Shown here: positions 1-8,853 of the stretch, in pieces | Layout: every line of letters begins with the position of its first letter | Position numbering within the stretch: the first letter of the stretch is position 1 | Origin: an uncultured virus (IMG/VR IMGVR_UViG_3300035696_000032) | Lineage: Duplodnaviria > Heunggongvirae > Uroviricota > Caudoviricetes | IMG/VR virus record: IMGVR_UViG_3300035696_000032 | Reading direction: 5' to 3' (one strand) | Length of the DNA: 64,000 bases | Made by a program: the position numbers and the translations under genes | The notes under the pieces: generated by a model | The model's input: the letters and a program-made list of their open reading frames with translations, nothing else | The model's database searches: none | Told to the model about the DNA's origin: nothing

Positions 1-386
1 TCCTCCTCGGAGCGGTGGGAGCCGCGGTCGGCTACTTCGCATGGGGGTTCGTCCCGATTGGCGACCTCGGCAATCTCATCGTCGGGTCGACCGGCGCCTC
101 GGGCAGTGGCCTGCCACCCGTGTGGCTACCGGCGGTCGTCAGCGACGCCATCACCATCGCAATCGGCGGGACCATCCTCGGAGTTGCGTACTACTTCCGC
201 GCCAAGCAGCGATACGTCATGCCGGTCCTCGCCGGGGTCGGTGCCGGAATCTTGGCGAACGGCGTGGTCTCGCTCGCCGAATTGGGCTACGGACAACTTG
301 CCTCGCCGGCCCTGGAGTTCGGCCCCCACGCGCAAATCACCAACCCCAACATGGGCAACGGATACTCGCGCTCCGGGGTCGTGTGA
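1..386 (+). CDS. Membrane protein, 5'-partial
   Basis: Gly/Ala-rich hydrophobic helices; frame appears open from the window edge. Confidence 0.65.
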   Translation, partial: LLGAVGAAVGYFAWGFVPIGDLGNLIVGSTGASGSGLPPVWLPAVVSDAITIAIGGTILGVAYYFRAKQRYVMPVLAGVGAGILANGVVSLAELGYGQLASPALEFGPHAQITNPNMGNGYSRSGVV

Positions 387-412
387 GGTCTCATAAGCCG
401 AGAGCCGGGTGG
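384..412 (+). promoter_or_regulatory. Class L (putative late) promoter motif, variant copy
   Basis: AGGTCTCATAAG-N7-CCGGGTGG upstream of ATG 421. Confidence 0.6.
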
Positions 413-420
413 GGAAAGCG

Positions 421-687
421 ATGAAGGTCGTCCGAGTCCGCAGGAAGGACGGCTCCTCCTACATGGCGGAAATGGTCGCGGACAATCCCTACATCAAGCC
501 CTCCGCGATGCGACGCCACGAGTGCGCGGAGATGCGCTTGGTCAGGACGATGGAGCACCGTTGGAATCGGATTGCCGTCATGCTGAGCGCGGGCGCAATT
601 CGCCGCGCCGGCCCTGAACTCAAGGCCCTGAGGGGTGACATTCGCAGTCTGAGGGCCATGCACAAGGGGATGTTCCGATGCAGCTAG
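421..687 (+). CDS. Leader-tagged protein 1 (basic, unknown function)
   Basis: N-terminus MKVVRVRRKDGSSYMAEMVADNP. Confidence 0.8.
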   Translation: MKVVRVRRKDGSSYMAEMVADNPYIKPSAMRRHECAEMRLVRTMEHRWNRIAVMLSAGAIRRAGPELKALRGDIRSLRAMHKGMFRCS

Positions 688-878
688 TCCGCGTACGCCG
701 AAAGGATGGAACGAGCTACCTCGCGCAGGTCGTGAGCAGCAATCCGGGATACCGTGTCCAGCGGCTGGAGCACGCCGCGTTCGGGGCCGTCACGCGGAGA
801 GAGTACGCGCTGTGGCAGGTCGGCGCGGTCGGAGCAGTCGGATTGCTCTTCGGATACCTGCTGGGCAAGGGGGCATGA
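678..878 (+). CDS. Leader-tagged protein 2 with C-terminal TM helix
   Basis: MQLVRVRRKDGTSYLAQVVSSNP ... LWQVGAVGAVGLLFGYLLG. Confidence 0.8.
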   Translation: MQLVRVRRKDGTSYLAQVVSSNPGYRVQRLEHAAFGAVTRREYALWQVGAVGAVGLLFGYLLGKGA

Positions 879-879
879 A

Positions 880-1176
880 ATGCAGCTAGTACGAGTGCGC
901 CGCAAAGACGGAACGTCCTACCTCGCCGAGGTCATCGAAGAGAACCCGCGCCTCTCCTACGCGAAGCGTCAGAGGCTGCGGACGAGTTCGTTCGCGTGCC
1001 CGCTCCAGCGCAAGTACCCCATCAACGATGCCGCGCACGTTCGGAACGCGCTCGCCCGCTACCGCCAGAAGCGGACGCTGAAGTGCCCCGGAGGGCTATA
1101 CCGCATCTGTCACGCGGCCCACCGTCACGGAATCAACAGTCCAGTGTGCATCGGGGCGCACCTGCACCGCGAGTAG
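880..1176 (+). CDS. Leader-tagged protein 3, DUF6582-like domain
   Basis: MQLVRVRRKDGTSYLAEVIEENP, then FA-P-xRKYPINDAAHVRNALARY as recalled for DUF6582. Confidence 0.75.
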   Translation: MQLVRVRRKDGTSYLAEVIEENPRLSYAKRQRLRTSSFACPLQRKYPINDAAHVRNALARYRQKRTLKCPGGLYRICHAAHRHGINSPVCIGAHLHRE

Positions 1177-1192
1177 ATGGGAGGGATAGCAG

Positions 1193-2674
1193 ATGGTCCC
1201 TCCGAGAAAGTCCCCGAAACTCCTCGTTAGACCGGTACTCCGGCCGCGGCCCCAGAAGAAGAACCCCTCGGCTGCTGGGAACGTCGCCATCATCGGCGGC
1301 GTCACGGCCGCCGGAATCGGCATCGGCGTCCTCGTGTGGTACCTGACGTCGAAGCCCGGAGGCACGGCGTGCGAATCGCCGGACATGCCGATGACGACGA
1401 GCGGCATCTGCCCGTCGGGCTACGTGGCCGACCCGAGCAGCACCGGCTGCTGTATGCCATCCACGGGATGCACGTCCACGTCGCCCTGCTCTTCTACATG
1501 CCCCAACGGCACCTGTACCTCGGGCACCTGCCAAAACGGCGTCTGCTCCGGCGGTGCGTGCGGTGCCTGCTCGTCCTCCTGCCCTAACGGAACCTGCTCC
1601 CTCGCTGGGCAGACCTGCATCAACGGGAAATGCGGCTGCACGGCGTGCGGGGGTCCGAACTGCTACGACGGGCCCTGCCCCTCGGGTCAGGTCTGTCAGT
1701 CGCCCGGAATGTGCGTGACCAAGGTCAACTGCCCACCGGGCGAGGAGATGATTAACGTCTACGCGGACACCTGCCCGCCGGGCTACCCCTATCGGGACCC
1801 GAACAACCTGACCTGCTGCATGTCGACCGCGCCAAGCTGCGGCGCTTGCTCGCCGTCCTGCACGAAGGGGACGTGCACGTCGGGTACCTGCATCAGCGGA
1901 GGTGCGTGTTGTGGAAGCACCGACGATGTCTACGCCGCGGCCGGAAGCTCCTGTCCTTCGGGCACGACGCGGTACCCGGACGGCCAATACCCGGACTGCT
2001 GCACGGCCCAGTGCCTGTCGCCGAACACGGGCTTCGTCAGCGGGAAGTGCCCGAACTGCACGAAGCAGATTCCCGGCATGAACTGCTGCGAATCCGCCAT
2101 CCCGTCGGGATGCCCCAACACCGAGCCCGAGGCGTACTGCCGCACCGTGGACGACTGCACGACCGGCTACACCTGCACCAACTGCTGCTGCACGAAGGTT
2201 GTCACGGCGGCGACTCCGACCATCACGGTCTCGCCCTCGTCGTTGACCCCTTCGGGCTCAAGCTGTTCGGGCTGCTTCACCGTGAGCGTCACCGGCGCCG
2301 ACTCGGGCGACAACATCGAGGTCTACGACACGGGCGGCACGTACTGGGGCAGCACGAACGCGAACTCCAGCGGCGTGGCGAGCTTCAAGGCGTGCGTGGA
2401 CCAGCAGTACACCGCCGAGAACCTCACCTTCTACGTCAAGGACAACACCTCAGGCACGACCTCGAACCAGGTGACGGTCTCGGTCGCCGGCGGCTGCACG
2501 CTCCCCGACTCGTGCACCCAGTACGGCTGCGGGAAGGACGCCGGGTGCCCAGCGGGCTGCTCCTGCCAGACCGGTAAGGGCGGCTCGGGGACTTGCCACT
2601 CGACCTCCGGCTCGCCGTCTAACGTGAGCCCACCGGCGATGCTCGCCTACGGCTACAACGTGGTGAGGGCATGA
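1193..2674 (+). CDS. Membrane-anchored Cys-rich protein with C-terminal Ig-like domain
   Basis: Basic N-terminus ending KKNP, TM helix, dozens of Cys in CP-G-C repeats, beta-sandwich ending SNQVTVSV. Confidence 0.8.
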   Translation: MVPPRKSPKLLVRPVLRPRPQKKNPSAAGNVAIIGGVTAAGIGIGVLVWYLTSKPGGTACESPDMPMTTSGICPSGYVADPSSTGCCMPSTGCTSTSPCSSTCPNGTCTSGTCQNGVCSGGACGACSSSCPNGTCSLAGQTCINGKCGCTACGGPNCYDGPCPSGQVCQSPGMCVTKVNCPPGEEMINVYADTCPPGYPYRDPNNLTCCMSTAPSCGACSPSCTKGTCTSGTCISGGACCGSTDDVYAAAGSSCPSGTTRYPDGQYPDCCTAQCLSPNTGFVSGKCPNCTKQIPGMNCCESAIPSGCPNTEPEAYCRTVDDCTTGYTCTNCCCTKVVTAATPTITVSPSSLTPSGSSCSGCFTVSVTGADSGDNIEVYDTGGTYWGSTNANSSGVASFKACVDQQYTAENLTFYVKDNTSGTTSNQVTVSVAGGCTLPDSCTQYGCGKDAGCPAGCSCQTGKGGSGTCHSTSGSPSNVSPPAMLAYGYNVVRA

Positions 2675-3063
2675 CGCTGGTCCGTGTGGTCCGCAAGGAC
2701 GGGACGAAGTACCTGGCCGAGGTCATGGAGAACCCCGCGACGACCCACGACCATCCCCACAAGCACTGGATGATTGTGAAGGGCAAGGGGATGATTCAGT
2801 TCGAGCACAAGCACCGTCACGTTCACGCCAAGGGCTCGCTGAAGTTCCACGCCCACAAGCACACGCCCGAGCAGTTGAAGGGAATCTTCCGCGGCTCCAA
2901 GATGAACGAGCGGAGGTACCCCTACAAGGACCTCCGGGAGGATGTCGCCAAGGTCGGTGCGGCCTCCGGCTGCCCGGCGTGCAAAGAGGGGCGTCCGCAT
3001 CGCGCCGGAGAAGACTTTAGGTACCACGCTATGCCGGTCGGCATGGCGTGGGTGGGGTCGTAA
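2671..3063 (+). CDS. Leader-tagged protein 4 (His-rich, CxxC)
   Basis: MTLVRVVRKDGTKYLAEVMENP; ATGA overlap with upstream gene. Confidence 0.8.
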   Translation: MTLVRVVRKDGTKYLAEVMENPATTHDHPHKHWMIVKGKGMIQFEHKHRHVHAKGSLKFHAHKHTPEQLKGIFRGSKMNERRYPYKDLREDVAKVGAASGCPACKEGRPHRAGEDFRYHAMPVGMAWVGS

Positions 3064-3419
3064 TGCCGATTGAAGAGCCCGGATTCGTGCGCCCGATGCC
3101 GGTGAAACTTGACGCCCCGTTCCGCGAGCGGAAGATGGGGAGTCCGTGCACGTTCCCCGGCTGCCACTTCGTCTCCGTCGGCCGCGACATCGAGGAGATG
3201 AAGTACGACATGGAGATGCACTGCCGCAACATCCACTACCGTGACTCCCGCGAGAACTACCGTCTCGCACGGCGCGGTCTCATGGACCACGTCTTCCCCA
3301 CCCCCGGCACGGCCGGCGTCCCTCCGATGCTCACGCGTCGGGTCCCGCAGCCTCCGAGCTACCCGCCACCGCCCGCCGTCGAATACCTCAAGTCCATCGC
3401 ACCCAGGAAGGTAGCGTAG
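3063..3419 (+). CDS. Hypothetical protein with possible C2H2-type Zn site
   Basis: CTFPGC...HCRNIH; TAATG coupling. Confidence 0.65.
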   Translation: MPIEEPGFVRPMPVKLDAPFRERKMGSPCTFPGCHFVSVGRDIEEMKYDMEMHCRNIHYRDSRENYRLARRGLMDHVFPTPGTAGVPPMLTRRVPQPPSYPPPPAVEYLKSIAPRKVA

Positions 3420-3743
3420 GTGCAGCCCTTCACGGAGCGTGCCACGCTCATCACCGACTACGGGAACGTGACACTGGACTTCGCGCTCGACACGCTCGCC
3501 TCGTGGTCGCTGCTCCCACAGGACATCGCCGCCGAACTCAACATCCAGCCGTACCAGGAGGTCCCCATCGAGACGGCGAACGGGCCGACGATGATTCCGA
3601 TGGCGACCGTTATGGTCTCCTTCCACGGCGGTCCGGCGATGCCGGTTCAGTTCCTCCTCGTGCCCTCGACGGTGACGGCCTTGGGCCAGGACGTCATCCG
3701 AAGGTATTCTCTACTGACGCAGAATACCGTCATCGAGCAGTGA
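3420..3743 (+). CDS. Retropepsin-like aspartic protease (DTL in place of DTG)
   Basis: FALDTLASWSLLP, flap ETANG, ALGQDVI; 107 aa single domain. Confidence 0.75.
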   Translation: MQPFTERATLITDYGNVTLDFALDTLASWSLLPQDIAAELNIQPYQEVPIETANGPTMIPMATVMVSFHGGPAMPVQFLLVPSTVTALGQDVIRRYSLLTQNTVIEQ

Positions 3744-3744
3744 C

Positions 3745-3927
3745 ATGAGCTTCACGCTGCACTTCCCCGGTCAGTCGTCCAACGCGCAGCAACGGTTCAA
3801 CATCTGCCTCGACTGCGAGAACGCGATTGTCTACCCCGCCGGGCAGTTGCAGTGCCACATCTGCAAGTGCTGGATGAACCTCAAAACGCGGATGCCGAAC
3901 CAGCACTGCCCCATCGGGAAGTGGTGA
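3745..3927 (+). CDS. Small Cys-rich protein (DUF6171-like)
   Basis: RxxICxxC...CxxCxC-M-LKT...CPxGKW. Confidence 0.7.
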   Translation: MSFTLHFPGQSSNAQQRFNICLDCENAIVYPAGQLQCHICKCWMNLKTRMPNQHCPIGKW

Positions 3928-3936
3928 CGCTCGACT

Positions 3937-3964
3937 TAGGGCTCAAATAGGCTGAGCCGGGTGG
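3937..3964 (+). promoter_or_regulatory. Class L promoter motif
   Basis: AGGGCTCAAATA-N7-CCGGGTGG upstream of ATG 3973. Confidence 0.7.
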
Positions 3965-3972
3965 CTCTAGGG

Positions 3973-5175
3973 ATGCCCCCCGTGAAGGTAGCACCCCTCA
4001 AGGTCCGTGCCATCGCGGCAAAGTCTTCGAAGCCGAACCCCTCGTCTCGGGACCTGGCCATCGTGGTGGGCGGGCTCGGAGCCGTAGCTGTCGGGGCCAC
4101 TGTGCTCTACGTCGTCACGAAGCAGTCCTCGGGCGGCGGGTCGCCAGCCTCGCCCGTCATGCCGGGCTCGACCTCGACGCAGAACGTAGGAGTCAACCCG
4201 TCGGCCACCGTCGCGGGCCAACAGGTGCCCCAGTCGTCCGGCCCCTCGGCATGGGCCTCGACGCCCCCCGGAATCGAGCCCGTCCCAGCCGTCCAGTCCC
4301 CTCCCGCCTACGGCGGAAAGGTTGGCGCCGGCGGCCTCGAAACATGGGGTCCGTACGTGACGAAGCCGCTTCCGCAGATGATGCCGACGATTCCCCAACT
4401 CAAGGAAATCGGAACGGTCGGGCATGGCGTGTGGCCCGCGAGGGCCGCGCCCGTCATCCCAGGGACCAAGATTCCGTTGCAGTACGGTTACTGGGGTCCG
4501 CGCACCGGCTCCGGCATCGTCTCGCCCCGCGCTCCCATGCCGAGCTACGGAGCGGGCGGTGGAGGGACCGGTCAGCGAATCTACCAGTCCGGAAGGACCT
4601 ACGCCGCGCCCGCCGTCCCGTCTCGCATCGGTGACTACGGCGCTCAGTTTGGGAACATCGGAGGAAACAACATGCAGGTAGTCCTGCCCGTGATTGGCGC
4701 GCGCCCGCTCTACGCCCGACCGAAGGTCTACACCATCATGGACAACGTGACCATGACCGGGCCCGGCCCTCGCGTCGCCCAGTACGGCGCGGGCGGTACC
4801 GGCATCGCCATGCCGGTCATCGGCTCGCGTCCCCTCCCCACGCGCCCGAGGGTCTACACCATCATGGACAACGTGACGATGACGGGCCCCGGTCCGCGCG
4901 TGCGCCAGTACGGTGCGGGCGGCGGCGGTCTCGCCTTCTCCATCATGGACAACGTCACGATGACCGGTCCGGGCCCGTTGGTCCGGCAGTACGGCGCGGG
5001 CGGGAACAAAGCCTGCTGCGGCAAGGCTTTCCCGGCGCGCGAGACGGCCTTCCCCGCGATTGCTGCCGCGGGCCGTGGCGGGACCATCCGCAGTGACCGT
5101 TACCCGACGGGTGACAACGGGAACGGCCAGGACTACGGTTTCACCTACTACAAGAACCGAGTGAACATGGTGTGA
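3973..5175 (+). CDS. Membrane-anchored low-complexity protein with internal repeats
   Basis: Basic-NP-TM N-terminus; three IMDNVTMTGPGPxVxQYGAGG repeats. Confidence 0.75.
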   Translation: MPPVKVAPLKVRAIAAKSSKPNPSSRDLAIVVGGLGAVAVGATVLYVVTKQSSGGGSPASPVMPGSTSTQNVGVNPSATVAGQQVPQSSGPSAWASTPPGIEPVPAVQSPPAYGGKVGAGGLETWGPYVTKPLPQMMPTIPQLKEIGTVGHGVWPARAAPVIPGTKIPLQYGYWGPRTGSGIVSPRAPMPSYGAGGGGTGQRIYQSGRTYAAPAVPSRIGDYGAQFGNIGGNNMQVVLPVIGARPLYARPKVYTIMDNVTMTGPGPRVAQYGAGGTGIAMPVIGSRPLPTRPRVYTIMDNVTMTGPGPRVRQYGAGGGGLAFSIMDNVTMTGPGPLVRQYGAGGNKACCGKAFPARETAFPAIAAAGRGGTIRSDRYPTGDNGNGQDYGFTYYKNRVNMV

Positions 5176-5177
5176 AA

Positions 5178-5804
5178 ATGGCGACCAAACCGAAGCTGAA
5201 AATCCGCCTCCAGCCGTCGAAACTAGGCATCAAGCCGAACCCGATGGCCGCGAAGAAGAAGAAGCAGTTGGGCATCGCACTGGGGCTTGGGCTCGCCGCC
5301 GCCGCCGTCATCGGCCTCGCCTACTACCTCACTCGAAAGCAGCCCGCGAGCGGCAACGGGTCCATCGTTACCGGCACGGGCTCGCCTGGCCCGACGCTGA
5401 CCGTCAACGGTGACACGGGCCTGGCCAACGTCATGCCGGGCATCACGGTGCCCATCGCGGTGACGAACGGCAAGCCCGGCGACGCGGTCGTCATCAACTC
5501 GGCGGTCATTTCCGGCACGAACATGGGCTCGACCACGACCATCGCAGCCGGGACGTTCGACCAGAACGGGAACTTCAACGCCAGCACCATCTTCGGCCTG
5601 AACCCGAACGGGCCCGTCCCCAACCCACGTCTCCTGCTGACGTCGTCTCTGCCCGCGAACATGATGACAACGTACAACATCGTGGCCCAGGACACGTCGG
5701 CCGGCGCTTCGAGCAACACCGTCCAGGTGACGGTCTCCCTCGCTTCCTCGAACGGGCCGAAGACGAACGGGCCGAGCAGCAGAAACGGGCCGACATCGGT
5801 CTGA
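5178..5804 (+). CDS. Membrane-anchored Ig-like protein
   Basis: KPNP-basic-TM, then beta-rich domain ending SNTVQVTV. Confidence 0.75.
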   Translation: MATKPKLKIRLQPSKLGIKPNPMAAKKKKQLGIALGLGLAAAAVIGLAYYLTRKQPASGNGSIVTGTGSPGPTLTVNGDTGLANVMPGITVPIAVTNGKPGDAVVINSAVISGTNMGSTTTIAAGTFDQNGNFNASTIFGLNPNGPVPNPRLLLTSSLPANMMTTYNIVAQDTSAGASSNTVQVTVSLASSNGPKTNGPSSRNGPTSV

Positions 5805-5812
5805 GGGCCGCC

Positions 5813-6799
5813 ATGAGTGGTCCGGCCCCCGTTCGAGCCAGGGTAGCGCCCCTTCGGGTTCGACCCATCCCCGTCGTTCGGCATCGAACGAACCCGGCGG
5901 CTCCTGCCCCGGCGCCCCCCAAGAAGACGTCGGTATGGATTCCCCTCGCCATCGGCGGCGCGGTCGCCGCGGCGGCGGGCGTTGGCGTCTACTACCTCAT
6001 CAAGACCTACGGGGGAGGCGGGGGCGGCGGTGGGTGCACGAGCGATTCCCAGTGCCCTTCGGGTGAGCAGTGCTCGGGAGGCACCTGCATAAGTGCCGGC
6101 GTCGCCTGCACGAACAACAGCGAGTGCATGGCGGGAGAGACCTGCCAGAACGGCTACTGCGTCGAGGGGACGGGCTGCGCGGGAACCTGCACCTGCGCGA
6201 ACGGAGCCTCCTGCCAGAGCGACTGTGGCTGCCTCGGCTCGCAGGATTTCTCCTGCAACCAGGGTGCCTGCTACGTCCCGGTGGCAACGAGCCTCACGGC
6301 GCAGGACAGTTCCATCACGATTCCCACCACGGCGAACTACAGCTACACCGAGTGCTACTGGGTCTTCGACTGCACGAGCGCGGGGCCATGCAACTTCAGC
6401 TACCAGGGCGGCAGCGCGGCGACGAACGTCCGCGTGCTTGACCAGTACGGATTCCCGATGGCGGGCGTCCTCCTGAGCTACACGATTAACGGGCAGGCGA
6501 GCCTTTCTGAGACCTCCGGAACGACCAACTCCGACGGCTACGCTCTCGTTCCCGTGCAGATGGGCACCGTCCCGACGTCCTTCCAGAACGGAGGCAACCC
6601 GCCGTACACCAACTGCATCTCGAATCTCTGCGGCGGCAACGGGCAGGGCTCGCAGTGCTCGGAGGTGGACGGTGGTCAGGTAGGGACCATCACCGTGACC
6701 GTATCGGGGACGTCCATTCAGACTCAAATCGTCGTGGCCGCGAGCGTCGATATGTGTTGCGACAACACAGGAGTTGACAACGGGTGCTCATGTACGTGA
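5813..6799 (+). CDS. Membrane-anchored Cys-rich protein with Big-1-like domain
   Basis: RTNP, TM, CTSDSQCPSGEQC repeats, VRVLDQYGFPMAGV...TNSDGYA. Confidence 0.8.
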   Translation: MSGPAPVRARVAPLRVRPIPVVRHRTNPAAPAPAPPKKTSVWIPLAIGGAVAAAAGVGVYYLIKTYGGGGGGGGCTSDSQCPSGEQCSGGTCISAGVACTNNSECMAGETCQNGYCVEGTGCAGTCTCANGASCQSDCGCLGSQDFSCNQGACYVPVATSLTAQDSSITIPTTANYSYTECYWVFDCTSAGPCNFSYQGGSAATNVRVLDQYGFPMAGVLLSYTINGQASLSETSGTTNSDGYALVPVQMGTVPTSFQNGGNPPYTNCISNLCGGNGQGSQCSEVDGGQVGTITVTVSGTSIQTQIVVAASVDMCCDNTGVDNGCSCT

Positions 6800-7782
6800 A
6801 AGTGAGGCCGAAGAAGGTTCCGCGACTGGTGAACAACAAGGTCGTCTACGTTCCGGTCCTCCGCGTCCGTACGAACCCGGCCAAGAAGAAGACGGTGCGT
6901 CAGCGCGTTCGTGCGACGTACCAGACGGTCAAGACGAAGACCACCGCGGCAGCGCAGAAGGCGACCAAGGGCACATGGTTCGAGAAGCACGGCAAGACGG
7001 TCCTCATCGCCGCAGGGGTCGCCGCCGTGGTCGGAGTGGTCGGGGTCGTCCTCTACTACCTCGTCGGCACGGTCGCCGGGGCCCTCAACCCGCCCGCGAA
7101 CAACCCCGCGGCCTGCAACCAACTGACCAGCGAACTCGCATCCCTCTACACGCAAATCAACAACGTCAACCTCGCGGCCTACAAGGTCGGGGGTTCGTAC
7201 ACCTCCCAGCAGCAGGCGGAAATCCAGTCCCTCCAGAGCCAGGCCGCGACGGTGCAGTCGCAGATGGCCGCGGCCTGCGGACCGTCGGCTCCTACCCCGG
7301 GTCAGACCCTCGACAACACCCTGAAGGAGGTCGGCTGGGCGTTCGCTCTCTTCGCGGGTGGCCTAGCGGCCATCGGCGTCGGCGCCTTCGCTTACCGTGC
7401 CTACGTGTGGAGCAAAGTCTACTCGGCCAAGAACGGAAAGGGCAACCCGCCCGAGGACCCGGACGACGTCGAGGTCGGGGACGACTTCAGTCCCGGAGCG
7501 GCCGGGCAGGCCGGGGCTCAGGCCAAGGCCATCACGGACGTGGACAGCGGCGCGACCAGCGCCGACGACGCGAGCACGGCGCTGCGGACGATGGCTTCGG
7601 GCGACCCTGCGATTGCGAGCGCCGACAGCCTCAGCGCGTCGTTCACGGACCTCGCTGCCGCGACGAGCGAGTCCGACCTGGCGGCGACCTACTCGTCGTT
7701 CGCGGACATCTACGCGGCGACTGCGGCGGACGATGCGGAGGCGGCCGAGTCGGCCATCGACGTGATTGCGGAAGTGCACTGA
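6790..7782 (+). CDS. Two-TM protein with coiled coil and acidic tail
   Basis: Basic N-terminus with RTNP; two hydrophobic helices. Confidence 0.75.
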   Translation: MYVKVRPKKVPRLVNNKVVYVPVLRVRTNPAKKKTVRQRVRATYQTVKTKTTAAAQKATKGTWFEKHGKTVLIAAGVAAVVGVVGVVLYYLVGTVAGALNPPANNPAACNQLTSELASLYTQINNVNLAAYKVGGSYTSQQQAEIQSLQSQAATVQSQMAAACGPSAPTPGQTLDNTLKEVGWAFALFAGGLAAIGVGAFAYRAYVWSKVYSAKNGKGNPPEDPDDVEVGDDFSPGAAGQAGAQAKAITDVDSGATSADDASTALRTMASGDPAIASADSLSASFTDLAAATSESDLAATYSSFADIYAATAADDAEAAESAIDVIAEVH

Positions 7783-7798
7783 GGTGTGTTGAGGGGGT

Positions 7799-8137
7799 AT
7801 GCAGTGGCAACTCCCAATCGTCTGGCCTCCCTCCAACGAGATGCCGGTGAGCCCGCCGAGCCTTCGGCTGGTCGCCGACCTGCTCCACCTCTCGTTCGGC
7901 GCCCTCGTCGTGACGGCGGCGGCCGTGTTCTGGCCGAAACGCCCGGACGCGATACCCGCGGGCATCTTCGCGGTCTTCGCCTTCGCCACCATCAAGGACC
8001 CCATCTACGACACCATCTACGAGGGGGACACCTACGAGGCGAGCTTGCTCGACACGGCGGAGTACCTCGCGGGGGCAGCGGTTGCGGCCCTGGCCATCTA
8101 CGCGGCCCGGCAGGGGAAGCACCATGATGGACTGTAG
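7799..8137 (+). CDS. Small multi-TM protein
   Basis: Three hydrophobic segments. Confidence 0.65.
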   Translation: MQWQLPIVWPPSNEMPVSPPSLRLVADLLHLSFGALVVTAAAVFWPKRPDAIPAGIFAVFAFATIKDPIYDTIYEGDTYEASLLDTAEYLAGAAVAALAIYAARQGKHHDGL

Positions 8138-8366
8138 AGCGGAGGAAATCGTCGTCCGCCACCTGACCCTCCACCACATGGACGAGATAGAGCGCGGCGG
8201 GTGGGACGGCATCGACGCCGCGAAGGTGGCTCAGGCGGTCCGACTCCCCGAGGAACAGGTCGTGCGCGTGCTGGACGGCCTCGAAGGCCGCATCTGGCCC
8301 TATCGCCCCGTCTCGATGGACGTCTGCTACGCTCGTGTGCATCCTCAAGTAGCCGGAGGTGGGTAG
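8124..8366 (+). CDS. Small HTH-like protein
   Basis: IDAAKVAQAVRLPEEQVVRVLDGL. Confidence 0.55.
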   Translation: MMDCRAEEIVVRHLTLHHMDEIERGGWDGIDAAKVAQAVRLPEEQVVRVLDGLEGRIWPYRPVSMDVCYARVHPQVAGGG

Positions 8367-8380
8367 AGGGTCCGAGCACC

Positions 8381-8851
8381 ATGCGCGAGCAACTTCCTCC
8401 AAAGCTCAAGTCGAATCCGGTGGTGCCGATGGACTCGTACGACGACCGGCCCACGGACAAGTTCCAGACGAACGACCCCATCGCGCTTGCCATCGCCAAG
8501 TACTACTACGAGCGCGAGTGGAGCGTGAAGCCCATCATCCCCAGGGGCATCGACGACCCCGACCAACCGTACTTCGCCATCATCACCCGATTCGAGGTCG
8601 AGAAGGGCGACTACCTGACCATCCCCATCGGCTACATCCCGGGCGACCTTCCGGACAGCGAGGAGTTGCGGCGCCGGCGGTTCGACTACGGAGAGAACCG
8701 CATGGCCGGCCCCCTCGTCGGCCAGGGCGAGATTTGGATTACCCGCGCCAAGGGGCGCGGGAAGTGGGAGGCCGAGCGATGGGTCCTCTACCCCCCTAAC
8801 AGCGGCCCACGGTGGCGCAAGGCGGAGACGATTGCGTTCTCCACGGAGTGA
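8381..8851 (+). CDS. Hypothetical protein
   Basis: Operon position; N-terminal KLKSNP. Confidence 0.65.
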   Translation: MREQLPPKLKSNPVVPMDSYDDRPTDKFQTNDPIALAIAKYYYEREWSVKPIIPRGIDDPDQPYFAIITRFEVEKGDYLTIPIGYIPGDLPDSEELRRRRFDYGENRMAGPLVGQGEIWITRAKGRGKWEAERWVLYPPNSGPRWRKAETIAFSTE

Positions 8852-8853
8852 AG

